A stretch of DNA of 64,000 nucleotides from Octopus sinensis (Eukaryota). The stretch spans positions 43,846,464-43,910,463 of the forward strand of contig NC_043011.1 of NCBI RefSeq assembly GCF_006345805.1, written 5' to 3'. The position numbers and the translations under genes were made by a program. This document shows, piece after piece, positions 11,050 to 24,464 of the stretch (position 1 is its first letter; every line of letters starts with the position of its first letter). Under the pieces are notes generated by a model. The model did not search any database, was not told the DNA's origin, and saw only the letters and a program-made list of their open reading frames with translations.

Positions 11050-12280
11050 ATATAATATTTGTAAAAAAATATGCACACACATAGAAAGAGAGAGAGCAAG
11101 CGTAGAGAGATAGATAGATAGATAGAAGCAGACAGAGATAACCACATATATTTATAGATAAACAGACATCCACCCAAAGATGCATATACATAAAAACAAC
11201 AATACACACACATTCAGGCAGGCAATTACAGATACATAATCAGTCACCCCCCCCCCCGCCCCCCCCCACAACATTTTAGATATGTCGCCTAATGTAAACA
11301 ATCATTGATCTTCATAGAGACACAGAGCAAACAGACGTTACGTGTGTCGTCTGGTACTGGGACCAAAGAAACAGCCATCATCACAGATCCTATAAAATCT
11401 CATATATCACAGAGGCCCTAAGAACCGCTAATCCTTGGGTCAACATGAACCGACCAGATGAAGCAGGGAGGTGTTTGAGTAAACTTAATATGTCTGATCA
11501 AGAGATTTTTGTCTTTTTTTTTTTTTTTTCATCGTTTATTTTTTCTCTTGTTTCAGTCGGCCATGCTGGAGCACCGCCTTGATGGGTATCGGTGGGACAA
11601 ATCGACCCCAGTGTTTATTTATTTATTTATTCATTTGTTACTTTTTTAAGCCTGATACTTAATCTATCGGTTCCTTCTTGCCGAACTGCTAGGCCGAGGC
11701 GGCGTAAACAAAACAACGCCAATTGTCAAGTGGCGGTAGTGGGAGGAGTAGAAACACAAAAACACACACACACACACACACATTTATATATATATATATA
11801 TAATAAAATATTAGGGAATAAATCCAAACTAATAGTGGTTTTATCTCTAATTTAATATATATATATATATACATATTTATATATACACGTATATATATAT
11901 ACATACATATATATATATATACATACATATATACATACATACATGCATATATACATACATAAATATATACATATATAAATACAGACATATATATACATAT
12001 ATATACATATATATACACATACATATATACAGACATATATACACATACATACAGACATATATATACATATATATACACACATATATATATATATATATAT
12101 AAACATACAGACATTAAATATATATATGTATATATATATATACACACACATACATATATATATATATAATATATAATAAATATATACATACAGACGTATA
12201 TATTTACACATAAAAATGTATGTATACACATACATATACATATATAAAACACATGTATATTATAATATATATATAATATA

Positions 12281-12311
<31 letters not shown>

Positions 12312-12944
12312 ATATATATACATGCGTGTGCGCGTGTAGTGTGTGTGTATGTATGTATCTTCAACTGGCTTCTTTCGGTTTCTGTGAACCAAATCTACTG
12401 ATAAGGCTTTCGTTGGCCCAGGGCTATAGTAGAAGGCACTTGCTCAAGGTACCACCTGTGGGCTGAACTCAGAGCCATGTGGTTGAGAATCAAACTCCGT
12501 ACTATACAGCCTAAAATAAATCTAAATCCGATTTTTGTTATGTCTGGGTTTCAATGACGTCACTCGGCTTAGTTGGGATTAGAACATGGAGACAGCGGAT
12601 AAAAGACTGACCTACTGTGTGGCTATGTATGTGTTGAGTGTGTGTGTGTGTGAGAGAGAGAGAGAGATTGTTATGTGTGTATGTCTGCGAGTTGTGTCAT
12701 GTTGCAGAGTATGTGTGTGTCTATGGTGTCAGTGTGTGGTGTTGGTGGGTGATGTGTGTTGACATGTGGTACGAATGTGTGTGTGCAGTGTGTATGTGTG
12801 AGCGAGTGTGTATGTGTGATTGTGTGTGCGTGCGTATGTGTTCGAGTATGCCTGTGCGCATGTGTGACTGTATGTGTGCGAATATGTGTGTGTGTATGTG
12901 TGCCAGAGTGTATGTTTATGTGTATGTGTGAGCGAATATGTATG

Positions 12945-13428
12945 TCATTATTCAGCTTTATTTCAAGATTTCTTGCCAATAGAGAAAGAACCGGTTTCTA
13001 ACCTGGATCCAAGGTTCCTTCATTGGAATTTTAACATCAACAATAGGGTATTTTTGTTTGTATGTATGTATGTATGTATGTATGTATGTATGTATGTATG
13101 TATGTATGTATGTATGCATGCATGTGCAGATTTGTATATTTTATCTATGTATTCTCATGCATAAAGTTGCATGTCTAGACATGCTCATATATATTTAAAT
13201 GATAAACTTCTGGAAAGTTTTACGGATTTTTATAGTTCTAGTGATGGATTGAATCTGTAGTCTTCGAATTAGCTTTCTCCTTTCTGGTTTTGAGAAGCCT
13301 AATTTCTCAAGATTGGTATTTAGGCAGTGTGTTACATATCACAGGGCCCCGATAATTACAGGTATAAATCTGATCTTGTAATCTGGATAAGTAACTGCAA
13401 TTTCTCAATAGTTCAGCATAGGTGTTCT
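12945..13428 (-). mobile_element. 3' end of REL-type (R4/Dong-like) retrotransposon, (CATA)n-associated family, copy 1
   Basis: Minus-strand translation with one frameshift: ENTYAELLRN.QLLYPDYKIRFIPVIIGAL.YVTHCLNTNLEKLGFSKPERRKLIRRLQIQSIT..KTFQKFII* (stop 13195-13197). The 3' UTR contains an internal (CATA)n and the 5' side is bounded by (TATG)n. Confidence 0.75.
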
Positions 13429-14132
13429 GCTATGTATGTATGTATGTATGTATGTATGTATGTATGTATGTATGTATGTATGTGTGCGAGTGTGTATGCA
13501 TGTATGAAATGTATGTATGTATGTATGTATGTATGTATGCGTATGTACGAGTGTGTATGTATGCGTATATATGTGTGTTTGAGAGTGTATGTTCTATTTA
13601 GAGTGAGTGTATGAGGTATGTATATATATATATGTATGTCCTTTTAATGTTAGTGTGTATGTGTGTGTATTCTTTAAGTGTATGTGTGTGAGCTGGTATA
13701 TGTGTATGTATGTGTTTATATATAAGAGTGCATGTGTGTACATGTGAGTTTATGTATATATATGTTTGTGTGCTTGCATGTGATTGGAAGTGTGCCTGTG
13801 TGTACGTAAGTGTTGTGTGTGTGCGTCTAAAAAGAATGAGTCTAGCCTTTCAAGGAATTCATATCTCAATATTCCAATCTTATTTCAGATTGTTTTTATT
13901 GGACTTTTCTAAAGAATTCGATCTATTTTCAATATCCTTTCTTTTTTTTAATTTATTTTCCCTTGTTTTAGTTTCAAGTTTGACCTATTTTTCTCCAGGT
14001 GTCAACGTTTTTTTACTTTTTCAGTTCTGTTCTTCTTGCTTTTTTTCTATATTTCCATAAAATGATAAATAAATCATCATCGTCATCATCACAATTATCA
14101 TCATCACATCATTATCATCATCATCATCATTA

Positions 14133-14195
<63 letters not shown>

Positions 14196-14198
<3 letters not shown>

Positions 14199-14575
14199 GG
14201 CGGCGTGTTGGCAAACTAGTTAGCACGCCGGGCTAAATGCTTAGCGGTATTTCGTCTGTCGCTGCGTTCTGAGTTCAAATTCCGCCGAGGTCGACTTTGC
14301 CTTTCATCCTTTCGGGGTCGATTAAATAAGTACCAGTTACGCACTGGGGTCGATGTAATCGACTTGATCCCTTTGTCTGTCCTTGTTTGTCCCCTCTGTG
14401 TTTAGCCCCTTGTGGGTAGTAAAGAAATAGGTATTTCGTCTGCCGTTACGTTCTGAGTTCAAATTCCGCCGAGGTCGACTTTGCCTTTCATCCTTTCGGG
14501 GTCGATAAATAAAGTACCAGTTGAACTCTGGGGCCGATGTAATCGATACATCCACACACCCAAAATGTAATCGAC
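14196..14575 (+). mobile_element. SINE A dimer in (ATT)n; a further monomer with tail 2 lies at ~14661-14865
   Basis: Same GAAATA|GGTATTTCGTC junction. Confidence 0.85.
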
Positions 14576-14609
14576 ACATCCCTATTGCTGTGGAAAAGTT
14601 TGAAACCAA

Positions 14610-14651
<42 letters not shown>

Positions 14652-15840
14652 CATTATTATTAAGGCGGCGAGCTGGGAGAGTCGTTAGCACGCCAGACAA
14701 AATGCTTAGCGGCATTTCGTCCCTCTGCACGCTCTCAGTTCAAATTCTGCCGAGGTTGACTTTGCCTTTCATACTTTCGGGGTCGATAACTTAAGTACCA
14801 GTGAAACACTGGGGGGGTCGATGTAATCGACTAGTCCCCTCCCCGCAAATTTCAGACCTTGGATTATTATTATTATTATTAAAACAGTGGACTGGCAGTA
14901 TCGTTTATCAGTCGGATAAAATCCTTAGCAGTGTTTATTCCGGCTCTTAACGTTGTGAGTTCAAAATTCAGCAGAGGTCGAATTTGCCTGTCATACTTTC
15001 GGGGTCGAAAAAATTAAATATCAGTCAATTACAGGATTTGTCTACATCTCACCTTAAAATTTATGACCTTGTACCAAAATTTGATGGAATTGTTGTCTTT
15101 AAGGCGGCGAGCCTTAAAGGCAGAATCGATGGCGCATCGAACAAAATACGTTTGTGTATTTCCTCCAGTTTTTTAGTTTCTGAGTTAATTACCGCTGTGA
15201 TCGACTTTTCGAGTTGCTAAAATATAGAACTAGTCAACAACTGAAATTGACGTTATCTATTGATCCCCGCGACCCTTAAAATTTTTAGCCTTATTTCAAA
15301 ATCACAAAGAATTAATACTTGTATTTTCAGTTGTATTCTTTCCACTCAGTGATCACACTGTATTTCTACTTACTATTTTCCGGTTTTTCTCAAATTAGCA
15401 AAATCGGTGATAGTCTCGAAGTGTTCTTAACCAGGTGCACAAGTGCTTTCAACTTATCTCTCTCAGTAGCGATAACCAGCTGGCAGGAAAGAAAGCAAGG
15501 GGACTTTCGCGTCCTACATAAATTCTCCCTTTCTCTCCCCCTCTTTCCCATCTCTCCCTCTCTTTTGCCGAATTATAATAAAATCAATTTAACATTAACC
15601 GGAAGCATTGCTCAATACTTTTTAGAGGACATTATTAATTATAACTCTACAAGAAGAGGGGAAATACGGCCTACTAGCAGTCGTCTTTATATATATATAT
15701 ATATCAGGAAAGTGGAGGCACATGGCTTAGGGGACGTAGACACACAGGTATCGGTGGTCAAGCGATGTTGGGTTTGGGGACAAACACAGTCACACAAACA
15801 TACACACACACATATATACATAAATACATACATATGTATG

Positions 15841-15891
<51 letters not shown>

Positions 15892-16494
15892 TATATACGA
15901 CGGGCTTATCCACTCACAAGGCTTTAGTCGGCTCGAGGCTATAAGTAGAAGGCACTTGCCCAAGGTGCCACGCAGTGGGACTGAACCCAGAACCATGTGG
16001 TTGGTAAGCAAGCTACTTACCACACAGCCGTTCCAATATCTATATTTAGCTTGTAATACTAAAAACAGTGCTGTTGGCTTTATTTGATAATTTATCGCCA
16101 ACATTTGTCTAACTTGGAGATTAGGTTACCTTTACTGCTGTGTAATTAATTTAAACGATTTTCGATTAAAAGACTAATAATAATAACAACAACAACAACA
16201 ATAATAATAATAACAATGATGATGGATGATGTTGATGATGATGATGATGATTGATGATGATGACGACGACGACGACGATGATGATATAAAAATTACAAAA
16301 CAAAAATGAGCATGTTAAATCTGGTTTTGATTTTCACCCCCACCCCACCCCGGTTTTCTTTGACATTCCAAACCAAAATAAACATACAAATGAATAAATA
16401 AAATAATCGAAAATAAATTGAATTTTTTTTCCACTTTTTCAAAAAAAAAAAATGTTGATGAATTTATATTCAATCAGCTGCGTTTTTTAAATTC

Positions 16495-16498
16495 TACT

Positions 16499-16538
<40 letters not shown>

Positions 16539-16550
16539 GCTGCTGCTGCA

Positions 16551-16607
<57 letters not shown>

Positions 16608-16610
16608 GCA

Positions 16611-16648
<38 letters not shown>

Positions 16649-16690
16649 GACTACTACTACCACAACCACCGCTGCTACAGCTACTACTTT
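16495..16690. repeat. (TAC)n microsatellite
   Basis: Direct reading. Confidence 0.95.
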
Positions 16691-17162
16691 TATCGACACC
16701 AATTCATGACTGATACTTTGTATTTTTATTTTTATTATTAATTTCTGAAAGACATAACTCAGAGTGTTAATGAACGCAACTAATTAACCTGAGGAAGATA
16801 TTGTCCACTTCTCCCCACCGCACTCCACCTCATCCTATACCGAAACTGACATCCATCTCTCTTTTGTTTTTAATAATATAGCTTCAGCACCAACTTCCCG
16901 GACATCAATGATCCGGAACTTCCAATAATCAGTATTTCTTTACGAGGAAACCCTTCAAATTGGTCCCGGCTTAGTTTACTGGTGTCTTGCACATACCAGT
17001 ACCTTGTACAGTGCAGTATTAATAATGATGTATCATTCATACTAATGCACGAGTACTTGTACTTCTGCTTCGTTTTTGTATTTCGTTTGTAAGATTCTTT
17101 ATGCGAATTCGTGTGCTGAAATAAATTTTGTTGTATCTAGAGACAGTGATTATGCCAATATA

Positions 17163-17396
17163 TATTTCTTTACTACCCACAAGGGGCTAAACACAGAGGA
17201 GACAAACAAGGACAGACAAACGGATTAAGTCGATTACATCAACCCCAGTGCGTAACTGGTACTTAATAAATCGACTCCGAAAGGATGAAAGGCAAAATCG
17301 ACCTCGGTAGAATTTGAATTCAGAACATAACGGCAGACGAAATACAGCTACGCATTTAGCCCGGCGTGCTAACGTTTCTGCCAGCTCGCCGCCTTA
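17163..17396 (-). mobile_element. SINE family A, full length, 20-bp TSD
   Basis: ACAGTGATTATGCCAATATA at 17143-17162 and 17397-17416. Confidence 0.93.
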
Positions 17397-17938
17397 ACAG
17401 TGATTATGCCAATATAATTAACACACACACTGGTTAAATTCCACTCATAAAATATCCGATTTTTTTTTGTCAAAGCTCTTTCGTTCCTTGCTTGTTTTTT
17501 GTTTTGTTTTGTTTTTGCAACCTTCCCAGGCTGAGTCAATAGTCACTGAGAAGGCTGCAAAGAGCAACGAAAGAATTTTGACAAAGCAATTAGATATATA
17601 ATAAATGGGTGGGATTGAACCAGTGTGTGTGTTAATTATATTGACATGATGACTCTCCTTAGACACAACAAAATACTTGTATTTCATTTAATTATTGAAG
17701 TAAATTTATTACTTGTTTAACTTAGAATGTGTTGATTAGCTGAGACGACTAGCTCGGGTTCGGAAAAACCAGTAATCTTGAGAGGCTTTGGAACCAAAGA
17801 TTCCGCAAAATCGATATTGTATCTGTATATACTGACAAGCATATAAAAAGTACTAAGTAAAGATATCAGTGAATATACAATGTAAATATTTGTATATGTG
17901 TGTGTATGTGTGTATGTATATGTGTATGTGTGAGAGAC

Positions 17939-17969
<31 letters not shown>

Positions 17970-17994
17970 AACAGACCGTGTGTATTTATGTAAA

Positions 17995-19148
17995 TGAGGT
18001 GTAGTCAAAAAGTGTCCGATCTTTGGCTAAAAATCAAGCAATATTTAAAATCTCACTATTTTGATTAAGTCCCCTTCAAAGTTTTCGGCTTGAGAGTCTA
18101 CACACATCAGCCAGAATTCCTGCCACTGCTGGAAATATTTCTGGAAATCACTTTTTGAGATTCTGTAGAGGAGCTATGCCATCAAATTTTGTTTAATGTC
18201 CTCTCTTAACTCAAATCTTCTCCCTTTGAGTGTTTTTTTGAGCTTTGGGAATAGCTCATATACACCTCGTATATATGAATACATATGGTCTGTCTGTTTG
18301 TCTCTCTCTCTCTCTCTCTCTTTCTCTTTCTCTCACACACACACAAATACTTACAATGTATATTCACTGGTATTTTAACTTAGGCCTTTTATATGTTTGT
18401 CAGTACATACCGATACAATATCGATTTTGCGGAATCTTTGTTTCCAAAGCCTCCCAAAGTTTTTCCGAACCAGATCTAGTCGTCTTAGTCAACACATTCT
18501 AAATAACAAATTTGGGAATAGCTCAAAAAGTCACACGGAGCCAAGTCTTGTGAGTACGAAGCCAGACGAACAAGTGGTGTGTTTTGCTTGACAAGGAATG
18601 CTTGGGCGGCGTGGGCGGAATGAAGGGGTGCATTGTCATGTAGGAGTTTCCAGTTCTTTGCTGCGTACAATCTTCTCAATAGTCACACGACAGTCTTCAT
18701 AGACTATTCCTCGAACCTTTGCAATCATTTCGTCGTTTTTGCTAGTCGATGGTCTGCCACAACGTGGTTCACTGTCCACTGAGGTGCAGCCATCTTTGAA
18801 CTGGTTGTACCACTCTTTTATTTGTGTTCTTCCCATACCATCATCTCCAAAGGCCTTCTGAATCTTCTCGATGGTCTGGGCTTGCCTATCACCAAATCAA
18901 TGACAGAATTTGATACAGTATTTTTTCTCAATGCCTCGGTCATCTTCACTCAAAAACGAAAATCGCACAGCACACTCTTCACGTCTGTATTCAACGCGTC
19001 ATTGTGAGCGAATGATACAACTTAGAGACACGAAAATTATGCATACTCAGGAAGGACGCAACCACCTAATGCCCAGCGCGGATTTTGCTCACGCATTATT
19101 ATTTTGTGTCAAAATAATCAAGGCTGGATACTTTTTGACTACACCTCG
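17995..19148 (-). mobile_element. Internally deleted mariner transposon (copy 1) with a 252-bp insertion
   Basis: TIRs GAGGTGTAGTCAAAAAGTGTCC (17996-18017) / GGATACTTTTTGACTACACCTC (19126-19147). Transposase pieces: M at 18943 ..YCIKFC..KAFGDDGMGRTQIKEWYNQFKDG..GRPS..RVTIEK; WKLLHDNAPLH..YSQDLAPCDF; LFPKLKKTLKGRRFE..DFQKYFQQWQ. The WVPxxL region and first catalytic Asp are missing. Confidence 0.9.
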
Positions 19149-19160
19149 TGTATATGTATG

Positions 19161-19223
<63 letters not shown>

Positions 19224-19232
19224 ATATATATA

Positions 19233-20523
19233 CGAGGGGCGTTCAATAAGTAATGCCCCTGACCCACTTCCCATAGCAGTAGAGCAACGAAACTTGGCAC
19301 AGTTATTAGTCTTTTTCTACATAGGAACCACCCAGAGTTACGCATTTCTCCCACCGTTTGATGCGGCTCTGGAGACCGTTTTTGTAGAAGACCCCAGCTT
19401 GGTCCTCCAACCTGAACGTGACTTCAGAAATCAAGGCTGCATCATCTGGGAAACGCTTTCCTTTCAAAAACAACTTCATGATTGGGAAGAGGTGAAAATC
19501 AGAGGGTGCAAGGTCAGAAAAGTAGGGGGGATGGGGAGGAGTTCATAGCCATACGCCTGTGCTTCTGATCTGGCGACAAGCGAGTTGTGGACCGGAGCGT
19601 TGTCCTGCAGGAGGAGGATGCCTTTGCTGATCTTGCCCCGCCTCTTGATTTTGATAACTTCTCTTAATTTCCTCAAAGGTGAAGCATAATAGGCTCCTGC
19701 AATTGTGGTACCCTTTGCCAGGAAATCTGTCATCACTACTCCGTCCTGGTCCCAGAAGACTGTGAGCATGACCTTGCCAGCGGAGGGATGCACTCTTGCC
19801 TTCTTTGGAGGAGGTGAGTCACGGTGCTTCCACTGCATTGACTGGGCTTTGGTCTCTGGATCATCGTGATGGACCCAGGTTTAATCCTGTGTAATCAGTC
19901 TTTTGAAAAATTTTGACTCATCTTCTTGGCACATCTCCAAATTCACCCTCGAGCACTCGACGCGTTCTTGCTTCTGGAAAGGCGTGAGCAACCTGGGAAT
20001 CCATCTGGCAGACACCTTTTGCAAATGCAAATGGTCATGAATGATAGTTTCCACAGACCCGGTACTAATCTTGACTTCATGGGCTATTTGGCGAATAATT
20101 ATGCGTCGATCTTCCAAAATGGCAGCCTCAACTTGACGGACAGATGCCTCATCAATGGCAGAAGGGGGCGACCAGATCTGGGAGCTGTTTCCACAGAGTT
20201 CCGACCATGTTTGAATTCACGATGCCAGCGTTTTACAAGGTCATATGATGGGGCATCATCACCATAAGTTACTTTCATTTCATCAAAAGTCTCCCGTGGT
20301 GTGCGTCCTTTCAAATACAAAAACCGGATCACTGCTCGACACTCAACAGGCTCCATTTCACACTTGACTCGGTTCAAACATCTGTAAATCAGAAACCACA
20401 ATTAATTCAGAGCTGTAATTTGCTACTTACTCTATAGAGATATAAATGATTGCACATGCAAAATTTCAGCTAGATCAAACAACTGCAAGTGGGTCAGAGG
20501 CATTACTTATTGAACGTCCCTCG
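19233..20523 (-). mobile_element. Full-length 1291-bp mariner (Himar1/irritans-like), non-functional
   Basis: ~37-bp TIRs CGAGGGGCGTTCAATAAGTAATGCCCCTGACCCACTT / AAGTGGGTCAGAGGCATTACTTATTGAACGTCCCTCG (2 mismatches), TA on both sides, inserted in (TA)n. Confidence 0.96.
19306..20356 (-). pseudogene. Mariner D,D34D-type transposase pseudogene
   Basis: MEPVECRAVIRFLYLKG (ATG 20356)..SGRP / ..KVSARWIPRLLT..LITQD*TWVHH..GKVMLTVFWD..LLQDNAPVH..LLP / ..DLAPSDFHLFP..KRWEKCVTLGGSYVEKD* (TAA 19306-19308). Two frameshifts and one nonsense codon (DETW to D*TW). Confidence 0.93.
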
Positions 20524-21020
20524 TATATATATATATATATATATGTATATGTATATATGTATATACACTGTTCTCGGCTAAGAGTTTCAGGCGAGTGTAC
20601 TGGTATTGATGTAGCAACATTTGAAATATTGTCCAGGTAAATCTACCTGAAGAAGACTAATCAAATTTACGATGACAAACTTATTTGAAGAGTCCGAAAC
20701 CTAGGTACTGGGTTATCCGATTCTGAGTTGTCCCTTTATATAATGTTCTTCCTAGAGATAAGACAAAATTTTTTTATGTTTGCTGGCTCCCCTCACACGT
20801 CTTTGCCAGTATATACACACTGGAGCTTTACTATAGCGTCATAAATGTATCGACTGCTATTTCCATTAAACATTGGTGCTTTGTCGTACCACTACTCTCT
20901 CTCTCTCTCTCTCTATAATATATATATATATCCCTGCTTCCATTTCCTGAGCGCCTATTAATAATAATACTGTAATTGTTCCATTGTTGTTGTTTTTTTG
21001 TTTCCCGTTTGGATTAAAAT

Positions 21021-21067
<47 letters not shown>

Positions 21068-21325
21068 GTATGTGTACAAGAAATTCAGGTATGAAATAAA
21101 ATCTGACTCCAGGAATCCCACCTACCCCGTGCAGGAAGGTAAAATTGTACGTTTAAACGATGATTATATGTGTGTGTATGCGTGTGTGCATATACATATG
21201 TGTGTATATTAATGCATATACATATATGTATATATATAAGCTGTATTCAATCAATCTTCTACAACGTTATATATTGTAATTTATACATATGTGTGTGCGT
21301 ATGTGTGTGTTTATGCGCGTGTATA

Positions 21326-21430
<105 letters not shown>

Positions 21431-21790
21431 AAGAGTGAACATTTAGCTCAGAGCGAGACTGTAAATAACGGCTTTCTTGACAGCATACTTCACTTGGCTA
21501 TTTCAAAACTTTCGTTGTAAAAATTTAATTTCTAAATTGTTTTGGGGGAAATATTGCTAAGAAGATCTTCATTAATTGAAATATTTATGGCTGTTTTAAT
21601 TTACTTATTACTGTCTACAATGTTGCTTTATATTTTCTGTAAACAAGACTCCTACTCCAAGACAGCTTATGTTAAATTCTAAAATTGCTTTAGAACAAAA
21701 TTAGAAATGTTTCTCGCTTAGAATTAATTTAAAGCATATAAACCCGTAGGTGGAATGTTTATGTTGCGTAACATTGGTTTGTCGTTTACT

Positions 21791-21827
<37 letters not shown>

Positions 21828-21899
21828 AGATATACATATATATGCTTATATACATATACATAGATATACATACATATACGCATATATATATAAACTCTT

Positions 21900-22104
21900 T
21901 ACTCTCTTTACTCTTTTATTTATTTCAGTCATTTGACTGTGGCCATGCTGGAGCACCGCCTTTAGTCGAATCAAATTAACCCCAGGATTTATTCTTTGTA
22001 AGCCTAGTGTTTATTCTATCGGTCTCCATTGCCGAACCGCTAAGTTTCGGGGACATAAACATACCACCATCGGTTGTTAAGCGATGTTGGGGCGACAAAC
22101 ACAG

Positions 22105-22144
<40 letters not shown>

Positions 22145-22420
22145 TGAAGAGAGTAATGAGTTTCTCACTGCAAAGCCAACGCCATGCTGACGAGGTTCTT
22201 CTGGATCGCTTTGAGCTTGCTGTTTGAGGAAAGTCTTGTCTCCTGTAGCCCAGCAATGGATGCCAACCAATATATATATATATATATATACATATATACG
22301 ACGGGCTTCTTTCAGTTTCCGTCTACCAAATCTACTCACACTTGCCCAAGATGCCACGCAGTAGGACTGAACCCGGAACCATGTGGTTGGTAAGCAAGCT
22401 TCTTGCCACACAGCCACTCG
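21900..22420 (-). mobile_element. SINE family B (tRNA-type head, CCTTGGGCAAGT core, internal TA/TG microsatellite), partly deleted, with a LINE fragment in its microsatellite
   Basis: Family motifs GGCGGTGCTCCAGCATGGCC, GAAACTGAAAGAAGCCCGTCG and CCACATGGTTCCGGGTTCAG on the minus strand. Confidence 0.85.
22144..22268 (-). mobile_element. RTE/BovB-like APE endonuclease fragment
   Basis: SIAGLQETRLSSNSKLK / DPEEPRQHGVGFAVRNSLLSSI: the QETRL and GVGFAV motifs, with the intervening YTFFW segment deleted. Confidence 0.8.
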
Positions 22421-22911
22421 TTGGTACATCACGCATACGAAAATCTGTTCCAAACTTTTGGCTATAACCGTATGTGTGTATATGATATATATTTTATATA
22501 TATATATATGTATTTTCAAAATGTAACCACGTGTATATCGTTGGCAATTTTCTTCCCCCGTCTTCACTTCCTTTGGACTTACCTCTGTTTCTGAAGAAGA
22601 ACAAGGCCCGAAACGTTAAATCCTCTTTCCTTCCTTTCCTGATCGTCCGATAATACTGTCTTACAGGACAAATAACACAAGGAAGCGCGCGCGTGCGTAA
22701 AGCCTATAGAATGCCCAGCTTCGTATATAGGACTCTGGGTATTATTTTGAAACATATTTTGGAGGCCGGGTACTACGCCCTATACGCCAGCAAATACACA
22801 TATTACACACAAACACACACACACACACAGACACACATGCATATATGTACGTATGCATCATTATTTAACCATATGAATAAATACATACATATACAATCAG
22901 ATATATATGAG

Positions 22912-22931
22912 AGATAGATAGACAGACAGAC

Positions 22932-22970
<39 letters not shown>

Positions 22971-23023
22971 CAGATAGATAGATAGATAGATAGACAGAAG
23001 GATAGATAGATAGATAGACAGAC

Positions 23024-23060
<37 letters not shown>

Positions 23061-23061
23061 T

Positions 23062-23112
<51 letters not shown>
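22912..23112. repeat. (GATA)n/(GACA)n
   Basis: Direct reading. Confidence 0.95.
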
Positions 23113-23113
<1 letters not shown>

Positions 23114-24105
23114 GTGCATAATACATTGATAAATATATACAATTGTTTTTCATACTGAACATAAATTAAATGACACATTACGAGATCGAACCTACAATTG
23201 CTCCCTTATTAGACTTCTCTCCCCTCCACCAAAACTGTACCCCTTCTTCCTTGTACCTTTCATTTCAGACAAAATCTATTTACTATGTTCATAGACACCA
23301 TTAATTAATACATATTCCCTATGGTGTGTTACATAATTTTCATCTTACACAATACATAATATCATTTATACATACGACGTCTTTTAATACAGTCGTGTTA
23401 TGACAATGTTCCCTGTGTCATAATAATGTTCGACATAACCACCACCCCTCTTTTTTCTGTACCCTTTTTTGCTCCACAATACTTCGATTACCCACTGGAA
23501 TTTAAGTAATTTTCTCGTTGTCTCCTGCAGACACAATCGCGCACAAACACACAAAAAGCAGACACACAGACACACGCAAACAAACAAACAAACACACTGA
23601 TGCTCAGTTCAAACACATACATTCACTCATTCATAAACGTACACAGCATTATAAATCAGACGAAGAACGAGCGATGATAATAAATATGCTAAATTTATGC
23701 ATGACATCAGCAATTATCATGCGGGCATTGTTGAGACGTAATCTATAACATCTCCGCTATGAATAAGATTAATCCGGCCGTCAGATGTAATTTTGTGGAG
23801 ATATGTAAATACAGCCTTTGTGATGTGAAACTCGAGGCACACAGCTTTACACATATTCATTACGTTAGCAGACCGTTGAGATTAAACATAATTCAATGAA
23901 TTAAGATTATTTCGTTTCTTCGTCTTCTGGTTTATCATATTTATGGTTATTACCGCTTTTGTTTGTTTTTATCTTTTTTCTCTCTCCCTGTTTCTTTTTT
24001 TTTCGTTTTGCTTGTTTGTTTGTTGTTTTCCTTCGCCCAGCTTCTTATGTTTGCAAACCCAGCGACATCAGTTCGGTCACACTATAATGAATGTATTCAT
24101 GTATG

Positions 24106-24178
<73 letters not shown>

Positions 24179-24357
24179 CAGCAAACAATGTTTTCTAAAG
24201 AGTACGGGGATTGTAACTTAATACCGAATGCTATTTTCTACACGTTGCTCTAACCATCCCGACGAATCCGCCGAAAGACAGATAACAATAACAACAACAA
24301 CAATAATGATGATGATAAAGATGACTATGATGTTTTTTTATTGCCACAAGAAGTCTT

Positions 24358-24464
<107 letters not shown>

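Noticed and set aside
16880-17095. Frames open on both strands in a unique-looking stretch
   Set aside because: About 65 codons, no ATG or recognisable motif, and only weak splice sites.
18910-19548. 212-aa plus-strand ORF
   Set aside because: It is antisense to two mariner ends and spans a (TA)n tract.
22040-22567. 175-aa minus-strand ORF
   Set aside because: An accidental fusion of SINE B, microsatellite and a short RTE endonuclease fragment.
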